From an uncultured Acholeplasmataceae bacterium (GTDB lineage: Bacteria > Bacillota_I > Bacilli_A > Acholeplasmatales > Acholeplasmataceae): a stretch of DNA of 33,262 nucleotides. A model generated the notes under the pieces. That model was given only the letters and a program-made list of their open reading frames with translations. It ran no database searches and had not been told where the DNA came from. The stretch is taken from contig CAUTRH010000001.1 in NCBI GenBank assembly GCA_963540905.1, forward strand, positions 1-33,262, in the 5' to 3' direction. The first letter of the stretch is position 1, and each line of letters begins with the position of its first letter. A program made the position numbers and the translations under genes. Positions 1 to 6,530 of this stretch are shown piece after piece.

Positions 1-75
1 ACAGAAGCAAAAGTTTTTTTAATTTAATGTTGGCGTGATATCCTTTTTATGTAGATATACTTTGTGAGGTAATGA

Positions 76-210
76 ATGAAAAAAACAAATTTAATGTGCA
101 GTCAATGCCTTCAGAGAAACTATCAAGTTGCAGTTGGCAGTAAAAGAATTGAAATCAAAAAATACTGCCCAAAATGCAACTCACATACCCTACATAAAGA
201 AAATAAATGA
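76..210 (+). CDS. rpmG: 50S ribosomal protein L33 (44 aa, Zn-ribbon form)
   Basis: Absent from the ORF track because it is too short. ATG at 76 lies 6 nt after GAGG (66-69). It translates to MKKTNLMCSQCLQRNYQVAVGSKRIEIKKYCPKCNSHTLHKENK, with two CxxC pairs and the KKYCPKC..HT.H.E.K tail typical of L33. The TGA stop at 208-210 overlaps the ispG ATG (ATGA). Confidence 0.85.
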   Translation: MKKTNLMCSQCLQRNYQVAVGSKRIEIKKYCPKCNSHTLHKENK

Positions 211-1250
211 TTACAAAAAGAAATAAAACTACTCGGTTTAAATGTGGTAGTTTGATAATTGGTGGAAATAACAACATATACATCCAGTCAATGACTACTA
301 CTAAAACTAAAGATGTCGAAAACACGGTTAAGCAGATAAAAGAGCTAGAGCAAGCAGGTTGCCAAATCATCAGAGTAGCAGTTCTAGATGAAACCGACGC
401 TAAATCAATTAAAGAAATTAAGAAACAAATTAACATTCCTTTAGTTGCAGATATCCATTTTGACTATCGACTAGCTTTAATTGCAATTGAAAATGGTGTT
501 GATAAAATTAGAATTAACCCTGGCAACATTGTAAATAAAAACCACATCAGGCAAATTGTGGATGCTTGTAGAGCAAAAGGAATCGGTATTAGAATTGGAC
601 TAAACTCAGGCTCCTTGCCAAATGCTTTAACGGCAACTGCTGAAAACTTTATTAAAGTAATGAAAAAAGAAGTTGAAATGCTTGAAGAATTTGGTTTTAC
701 AGACATTTGTCTATCTTTAAAGGCAACTTCTGTTTTAACTACTATTAAGTGTTATGAACTTGCTGCAAAAACATTTAAATATCCACTGCACATCGGAGTA
801 ACTGAAGCGGGTACTTTAATTGGTGGCACTGTTAAAAGCAGTTCAGCGCTTTCTGTGCTTTTACTGAAAGGAATTGGCAACACTATACGCGTGTCTTTGA
901 CTGAAAACCCAGTTTTAGAAATTAAAGTTGCAAAAGAAATTCTCAAGTGTTTAGGTCTAAAAAAAGATGGTGTTGACTTTCTAAGCTGTCCGACCTGTGG
1001 GCGTTTGGAATACAATATGGAAGAAATTGCTAAACGCGTTGAAACTTTTTGCGATACTTTAAATAAAAAGATTAAAGTTGCTGTTATGGGTTGTACTGTC
1101 AATGGTCCCGGAGAAGCAAGAGATTCTGATATTGGAATATGTGGAAACAAAGACAGTGTTTTAATTTTTAAGAAAGGTAAAGTCTTTAAAAAAGTTAAAC
1201 CAAAAGAGGCTTATGAAGAATTAACCAATATTATTTCAAACGATTTTTAA
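207..1250 (+). CDS. ispG: 4-hydroxy-3-methylbut-2-enyl diphosphate synthase (GcpE, MEP pathway)
   Basis: 347-aa ORF with PLVADIHFDYRLAL, DKIRINPGNI, CPTCGR and GCTVNGPGEA, which are the IspG TIM-barrel and 4Fe-4S cluster signatures. Confidence 0.93.
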   Translation: MITKRNKTTRFKCGSLIIGGNNNIYIQSMTTTKTKDVENTVKQIKELEQAGCQIIRVAVLDETDAKSIKEIKKQINIPLVADIHFDYRLALIAIENGVDKIRINPGNIVNKNHIRQIVDACRAKGIGIRIGLNSGSLPNALTATAENFIKVMKKEVEMLEEFGFTDICLSLKATSVLTTIKCYELAAKTFKYPLHIGVTEAGTLIGGTVKSSSALSVLLLKGIGNTIRVSLTENPVLEIKVAKEILKCLGLKKDGVDFLSCPTCGRLEYNMEEIAKRVETFCDTLNKKIKVAVMGCTVNGPGEARDSDIGICGNKDSVLIFKKGKVFKKVKPKEAYEELTNIISNDF

Positions 1251-1327
1251 CACTTTAAAATAAAAAATAAATCTAAGCAAATAATTTGTTTTAATTTTAA
1301 AATAGAATATACTTATAGTATCGGATC

Positions 1328-1360
1328 GGTCAAGAAGCGTACGGCGCCTTGACCATTTTT
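1328..1360 (+). terminator. GC-rich hairpin plus T-run (intrinsic terminator, attenuator or 3' end of a small RNA)
   Basis: GGTCAAG (1328-1334) pairs with CTTGACC (1348-1354). An inner GCG/CGC extension is present, followed by ATTTTT (1355-1360). The element is roughly 59% GC in an AT-rich spacer. It lies 78 nt after the ispG stop and 15 nt before the ancestral abi ATG (1375). Confidence 0.6.
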
Positions 1361-1432
1361 AATGGTAAAGATAAATGAAAGAGTTTAAAACTATAAGACA
1401 GTAATTAAATATTTTAAGAAAAAGAGGCTTGA

Positions 1433-2329
1433 TTGTACCAAAAAACGGTAAGCCAAAAAAAATTTCTAGAAGAAAATAATTATTATAATGTGATAAATGG
1501 TTATAAATATTTATTTCTTGGAAAAGACACAACCGGTAATTTAGTAAATCCTGAGTGTTTTGTTGAAAATACACACTTTGATTCACTAAAATTCCTATTT
1601 CTGTTTGACAGAGAACTAAGAATAATTTTTTTAAAATACATTTTAATTTTTGAAAACACATTCAAAAGTATACTATCTTATGTTTTTACCAAAAAATACC
1701 CTAATTCAAACTCATACCTTGATAAAACAAATTTTTCTAAAGATAGAAAGTCTGCATTTAACCAAATTATAGTGTCAACCAAAATATTATCCGAACAGGT
1801 AGATTATGAAGGCCCTATTAAACACTATTTGGATGTACACACCGATGTGCCTTTTTGGGTTTTAGTTAATAGAATGACTTTGGGCAATTTATCGCATTTT
1901 TACGATTCATTGCAAGAATCTGAGAAGAATGAAATAGCCAATAAATTTTATACTAAATATAATAAAGAATACAAAACAAAAAGTGTATACAAACTACAAA
2001 CTGGTAATTTTAGATTAGGATTAAAAATAATATACCTTGTTAGAAATATGTGTGCACATGATGAAAGACTATACAATGTTAAACTAAAAACTAAAAAAAT
2101 AAATAATTTGAGAAACTTATTTAATCTTGATGAAAATACCGGACATAATAAACTTATTGATGTTATTTTATTTCTGAAATTTTTATTAAATAAAAATGAC
2201 TTTAGGAATTTTTACCTAGAATTGACAAAATTACTGGGGAAATACAGAGATAAATTTGATGCAAATATCTATGACTTAATTTTAGATTCCATGGGTATAG
2301 AGATCAGCGAACTTAAAAAACTTAAATAA
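1433..2329 (+). CDS. Abi_2 family (AbiD/AbiF-like) abortive-infection protein, HEPN-type; 5' end appears degraded
   Basis: 298-aa ORF (TTG start in the track) with NNYYNVINGYKYLF and FDRELRIIFLKYILIFENTFKS. It carries YLVRNMCAHDERLYN, an Rx4H HEPN motif at nt 2042-2059, which is characteristic of Abi_2. The expected N-terminus (MKEFKTIRQ-stop-LNILRKRGLIV) is upstream in another frame (1375-1440). Confidence 0.8.
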   Translation: MYQKTVSQKKFLEENNYYNVINGYKYLFLGKDTTGNLVNPECFVENTHFDSLKFLFLFDRELRIIFLKYILIFENTFKSILSYVFTKKYPNSNSYLDKTNFSKDRKSAFNQIIVSTKILSEQVDYEGPIKHYLDVHTDVPFWVLVNRMTLGNLSHFYDSLQESEKNEIANKFYTKYNKEYKTKSVYKLQTGNFRLGLKIIYLVRNMCAHDERLYNVKLKTKKINNLRNLFNLDENTGHNKLIDVILFLKFLLNKNDFRNFYLELTKLLGKYRDKFDANIYDLILDSMGIEISELKKLK

Positions 2330-2336
2330 TTTTATT

Positions 2337-2363
2337 AAAAAGAGACGCCAAGCGTCTCTTTTT
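2337..2363. terminator. Bidirectional intrinsic terminator between convergent abi and trpS
   Basis: AAAA-AGAGACGC-CAA-GCGTCTCT-TTTT. The 8-bp GC-rich stem (2341-2348 / 2352-2359) is flanked by an A-run and a T-run. Confidence 0.8.
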
Positions 2364-3366
2364 AATATCCTAAACCAACTGCTTTTTTGACCTTTGTATA
2401 GTTTTCTTTTGCTAGTTTTTCAGCAAACTTTTTGCCGCTCTCCAGAGTTTCAATCAACTCTTTTGAGTTAACAAGTTTTTCTATATTTTCGCCTAACGGA
2501 ACGATTTCCTGAATTAAAAGTTCAGCAAGGTCTAGTTTGAATTCTGCATAAGTTTTTGCATCTTTATATTTAGTTTCAATGTCTTTAATAGATAAATTAG
2601 TCAGAGCTGCATATATATTGATTAAATTAGAAATTTCAGGTTTTTTATCCATATCAAAATAAATTTTTGCTTCTGAATCCGTAACAGCTGATTTTATTTT
2701 TTTAAGTATGGAATCCCTAGAATCTGAAAGTAATATATAGGATTTTGGGTTTTCAGAACTTTTAGACATTTTTACAAAAGGGTCTTGTAAGGACATTATA
2801 CGGCGTGTATGTTTATTGATTTCATATTTAGGTATTTTAAAGGTTTCGCCGTACAGTTTATTAAAACGCTTAGCCAGAGTTTCTGTTAACTCCATATGTT
2901 GTTTTTGGTCTTCACCAATTGGCACAAGGTCTGCGTTGTAAAGTAAGATGTCTGCAGCCATTAGGGCAGGATAGGTAAAAAGCGAACTTTTGATGTTTTT
3001 AGTGTTAGCGGACTTTTCTTTAAATTGAATCATTCTGCTAAGCTCACCAAAATAAGCAGTAGACTCCATTAAAAATCCAAGTGCAGCGTGTTCATTAATT
3101 TCAGATTGCACAAAAATATGAGTGTGGTTTTTGTCAAAGCCCAGCGCTGAATAGCAGGCTGCGATTCTTAAAATATTTTCTCTTAGTTCTTTTGGGTCAA
3201 TTGGCAAAGTAGTGGCGTGCAGGTCTGCAATAAAAATCAAAAGTTCTGAGTCTGGATTCGCCTGAACAACCGCTTTTAGGTTTTTTAAAGCACCTAAATA
3301 ATTGCCAAGAGTTAGGCTTCCGGTTGGTTTAATTGCTGTTAAAATAATTTTTCTATTTTTGTCCAT
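2362..3366 (-). CDS. trpS: Tryptophan--tRNA ligase
   Basis: Class I aaRS with TGSLTLGNYLGA (HIGH-like) and KMSKS (FVKMSKSS). Start reassigned to ATG 3366 (MDKNRKIIL), 7 nt after AAGGA. The track start at 3384 is a TTG inside the upstream gene. Confidence 0.92.
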   Translation of the reverse strand: MDKNRKIILTAIKPTGSLTLGNYLGALKNLKAVVQANPDSELLIFIADLHATTLPIDPKELRENILRIAACYSALGFDKNHTHIFVQSEINEHAALGFLMESTAYFGELSRMIQFKEKSANTKNIKSSLFTYPALMAADILLYNADLVPIGEDQKQHMELTETLAKRFNKLYGETFKIPKYEINKHTRRIMSLQDPFVKMSKSSENPKSYILLSDSRDSILKKIKSAVTDSEAKIYFDMDKKPEISNLINIYAALTNLSIKDIETKYKDAKTYAEFKLDLAELLIQEIVPLGENIEKLVNSKELIETLESGKKFAEKLAKENYTKVKKAVGLGY

Positions 3367-4195
3367 ATGAATATCCTTTGACAACTTTGGTCTCTATTTT
3401 GGAAACCCCTCTAAAAACCTCGCCATCAACTTGTGCAGTTTTAGTGTTTTCGGTTTCTATTGTGATTTCTTTAGCTTTAAAAGTTTTAACGAATCTTTTA
3501 AAGACTGTGTGCCAGCCTAAATAAATAAACGGAAAAAGTAGCAATAAAAGTAATCTTGAACGAATTGTTACTAATATCAAATAAAGAAAATCTTCTCTTT
3601 TGGCCATTGGAGCAATTTTCATACCACCCCCAAAATAAGGGCCGTGCATCACGGAAGCCAAAAAACAGTTTTTGTATTCGCTAGCTACACCATCTACCGC
3701 TACTTTTACTGAAAACGGTTTATATCTAAAAAAAGTAGCAATGGTGACTTTAGCAAAAGTGCTTTTGATTTTATATACACGCATATTATCTAGACGTCTG
3801 CAAATTTCTCCGTCTATACCAATTCCCACACCATTTAAAAATAAGAAGGTTTCATCGCCTATCTTGGCTTGTCCAAAATACTTTAAATTGGCTTTAAAAT
3901 CAACTGCCTTGGTTTTGTCTTTAAAGCCACGAAGAAAATCATTTCCGGTTCCACCGCGCGCAACTAACACTGTGGCTTTAACCTGGGTTAGGTTAACTGA
4001 GTTTACAATTTTATTTAAAGTACCATCTCCACCAAATATCAAAATCACGTCTCTTTTGGAAAAAGACTTGAAATACTTTTCAATATCGGAAAGTGCGAGT
4101 ATTGAGTTTAAAGTAGCATTATCTTGATTTTCTAAATAAAACTTATGGGCTTTTTTGTAGTTTTTAGAAAGTGGGTTGTAAATAATTCTATACAT
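3353..4195 (-). CDS. Diacylglycerol/lipid kinase family protein (YegS/DagK-like)
   Basis: 280 aa with the IFGGDGTLN and GGTGNDF motifs of the DAGK catalytic domain. Overlaps the trpS start by 14 nt. Confidence 0.8.
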   Translation of the reverse strand: MYRIIYNPLSKNYKKAHKFYLENQDNATLNSILALSDIEKYFKSFSKRDVILIFGGDGTLNKIVNSVNLTQVKATVLVARGGTGNDFLRGFKDKTKAVDFKANLKYFGQAKIGDETFLFLNGVGIGIDGEICRRLDNMRVYKIKSTFAKVTIATFFRYKPFSVKVAVDGVASEYKNCFLASVMHGPYFGGGMKIAPMAKREDFLYLILVTIRSRLLLLLLFPFIYLGWHTVFKRFVKTFKAKEITIETENTKTAQVDGEVFRGVSKIETKVVKGYSYGQK

Positions 4196-4206
4196 TAAAA
4201 AGTAAG

Positions 4207-5442
4207 TTAAATTGCAAAAGCACTAAATTGTTTTTTGCCGCGTTTAATTACAAAATATTTTTTAAAAGCAGGTTTTAAGTCACTTAGTCTAAGTTCAAGG
4301 TCAGTGATTTTCTCTGAGTTTACAGAAATAGAGCCCGCTTGCATAAACTCACGAGCCTCGCGTTTAGATTTCGCTAAATTAAGTGAAACTAAAATATCTA
4401 AAATACTTGCGTCTTTTTCAAACTTTTGTTTACCAAATACTGAGTAAAGCATTTTATATTCGTTTTCGCCAAGTTCGGCAAGAGCTCCTTTAAATAAAGC
4501 ATCTGTAATTTTTTTAGCAGAATTAAGTGCTTCTTTGCCGTGTACAATCTCGCAAACAAACTCGGCCAGTTTGGTCTGTGCAAGTCTTTTTTCAGGCTCC
4601 TTCTCAACAGAAAGTGCGAGTTCTTCAATTTCTTTTACAGAAAGTAGGGTAAGTAGTTTTAAGTACTCAACTATCATTTTATCTTCAACATTTAAAAAGT
4701 ATTGATACAAGGTGTATGGTGAAGTTAGGTTTTCGTCTAACCAAAGCGCGCCACTTTCAGATTTACCAAACTTAGTACCGTCTGCTTTTAAAAGTAGTGG
4801 TGAAGAAAGTCCAAGTGCATCGTTTTCGCCTTCTAGTTTACGAATCAGTTCAAGGCCAGCAGTGATATTTCCCCATTGCTCAGAGCCACCGAACTGAATC
4901 TTGCATTCGTAGTTTTTATAAAGATAGTAAAAGTCAATAGACTGAAGTAATAGATACGAAAACTCGGTGTAAGAAATTCCGGTTTCCAGACGTCTTTTAA
5001 TTACATCTTTTTCAAGCATATAGTTAATGCCGAAGTTTTTGCCAAAATCTCTTAAAAATTCAATAATGGAAAGTTTAGACAGCCAGGTTGAGTTATTTAC
5101 AAAAATTACCTTGTCTGACTTTAAGATTTTTTTAACTTGTTTTTCAATTGAGTCAACATTCTTTTTAACTTCTTCATTTGAAAGAATACGACGTTCACCG
5201 TTGGGTTTAGGGTCGCCAATTGCTCCAGTTGTCCCACCAATTAAGCAAATTGGAATCAAGCCTCTTTCTTCAAGCAGTTTGATTCTAATAATTTGGACTA
5301 AATGACCGCAAGTTAAGGAACTTCCAGTTGGGTCAAATCCGATGTAGAACTTAGTACCTGGCACTAAGTTTTTTTCAGCAAGTTCTAAAGAAGAACAGTC
5401 TTTAACCATTCCCCTCCATTTAAGTTCTTCAAGTAAATTCAT
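4207..5442 (-). CDS. tyrS: Tyrosine--tRNA ligase
   Basis: 411 aa with GFDPTGSSLTCGHL (HIGH region), KFGKS (KMSKS equivalent) and a C-terminal S4-like domain. Confidence 0.93.
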   Translation of the reverse strand: MNLLEELKWRGMVKDCSSLELAEKNLVPGTKFYIGFDPTGSSLTCGHLVQIIRIKLLEERGLIPICLIGGTTGAIGDPKPNGERRILSNEEVKKNVDSIEKQVKKILKSDKVIFVNNSTWLSKLSIIEFLRDFGKNFGINYMLEKDVIKRRLETGISYTEFSYLLLQSIDFYYLYKNYECKIQFGGSEQWGNITAGLELIRKLEGENDALGLSSPLLLKADGTKFGKSESGALWLDENLTSPYTLYQYFLNVEDKMIVEYLKLLTLLSVKEIEELALSVEKEPEKRLAQTKLAEFVCEIVHGKEALNSAKKITDALFKGALAELGENEYKMLYSVFGKQKFEKDASILDILVSLNLAKSKREAREFMQAGSISVNSEKITDLELRLSDLKPAFKKYFVIKRGKKQFSAFAI

Positions 5443-5445
5443 AAA

Positions 5446-6441
5446 TTACCTACTACTTTCTCTTTCAATCAATTCATAATCTACGAAAGTTTGTGTCTTA
5501 TCTATTTTAACATTTTCAATTAACTGGGTTAAATAAATTAAGGCCTGTTCACCCAAACGGTAATTAGAATAAGAAATTGAGGTTAGTTGAGGGGTAAAAA
5601 GTTTACAAAAGTTAGTGTTTTGCATACAAACTACACGGTAGTGAACACCACATTTTAAGTTTTTTTGTCTAAGCAGGTTAATGGCTTTAAGCGCTGCGAT
5701 GTCTCTCGTTGCAACAATTGCCTCTATACGGTTTTCTGCAAAAAATGACAAAAACTCGTGTTCCTCGATGTCTTCAGGATCAATTCTAAAAATATAGGGT
5801 TTTAAGTTACTTTCGTTGACTGTTTCTAGATATCCACTTTCCTTTTCTAAATTAGAAAAGTAAGTTATTTTAGAAGTTAAAAATAAAATTCTTTTCGTGT
5901 TTTTATCAATTAAGTGTTTAGTTGCGGTTGCAACCGCTTTTTTAAAGTCCAGGGCTGTAAAAGTTACGCCTGGCAACTTAACTGCTGTGTTGATAAAGGT
6001 AAACGGAAAATTAGCATTTAACAAAGGCTTGGTAAACGCATCTATTTGTTCGTTTGTGATGTGTTCATCTAAAAAGATAATTCCGTCTATTTTTTCAGCC
6101 AGTACAGATAAAATAAAGGCTTCGTAGTTGCTTTTAGATTTGTATGAAAAAATACGGATTGTGTATTTTTGGTTTGCCGCTGCGTCTAAAATTCCGGAAA
6201 TTAGCCTAGATATTGAAGGTCTGGAAACTTCCGATAAAATAAGCGCTATATTGCGCGAGTTTTGAGATGCCAAAGAAGCGGCTACTTTGTTTGGAAAATA
6301 TTGCATTTCTTTGATAATCTTCCAGACTTTTTCGTGAGTTTTGGCGCTAACTTTACTTGATTTCGCCAAAACTCTAGAAACTGTAGCAATAGATACATTG
6401 GCTTTTTTGGCAATGTCGTAGATTGTGTGTTTTTTAGACAT
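5446..6441 (-). CDS. LacI/CcpA-family transcriptional regulator
   Basis: N-terminal HTH TIYDIAKKANVSIATVSRVL followed by a periplasmic-binding-protein-like sugar-binding fold, 331 aa. RBS is AAAGGA. The stop is 3 nt from the tyrS ATG. Confidence 0.85.
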   Translation of the reverse strand: MSKKHTIYDIAKKANVSIATVSRVLAKSSKVSAKTHEKVWKIIKEMQYFPNKVAASLASQNSRNIALILSEVSRPSISRLISGILDAAANQKYTIRIFSYKSKSNYEAFILSVLAEKIDGIIFLDEHITNEQIDAFTKPLLNANFPFTFINTAVKLPGVTFTALDFKKAVATATKHLIDKNTKRILFLTSKITYFSNLEKESGYLETVNESNLKPYIFRIDPEDIEEHEFLSFFAENRIEAIVATRDIAALKAINLLRQKNLKCGVHYRVVCMQNTNFCKLFTPQLTSISYSNYRLGEQALIYLTQLIENVKIDKTQTFVDYELIERESSR

Positions 6442-6482
6442 AAGTTATTCCTTTGTGAGATATTTGGGTTTTATATGAAAGT

Positions 6483-6510
6483 ATAACCCGATGCAAAAGC
6501 ATCGGGTTAT
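6483..6510 (-). terminator. 12-bp perfect hairpin (terminator or attenuator after the lipoprotein gene, ahead of the lacI-family gene)
   Basis: ATAACCCGATGC-AAAA-GCATCGGGTTAT. U-rich flanks are present on both strands but weaker on the minus strand. Confidence 0.55.
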
Positions 6511-6530
6511 TTTATGAAAACAAATTTAAA

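Noticed and set aside
155-1150. Minus-strand ORFs 155-436, 464-706 and 752-1150 antisense to ispG. The same applies to similar antisense or alternate-frame ORFs inside other genes, such as 3672-4127, 4235-5305, 5897-6127, 13657-13914, 14869-15195, 21197-22889, 23740-24099, 25213-25422, 28274-28768, 30241-30468 and 31603-31830.
   Set aside because: They lie entirely within well-supported conserved genes on the other strand or frame. They have low-complexity or hydrophobic shadow-ORF composition, no RBS and no recognisable motifs.
3367-3384. Track start codons extended upstream for trpS (3384), the lipoproteins (8528 and 9413), rpmH (17499), rnpA (17241) and rnmV (28344).
   Set aside because: Those I checked (trpS, both lipoproteins) are TTG or GTG codons, and where an SD is visible the extensions overlap it or the neighbouring gene. 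Where I looked, an internal ATG follows an AAGGA/GGAG-type SD and gives the family-typical N-terminus. rnpA remains ambiguous because no good SD precedes either start.
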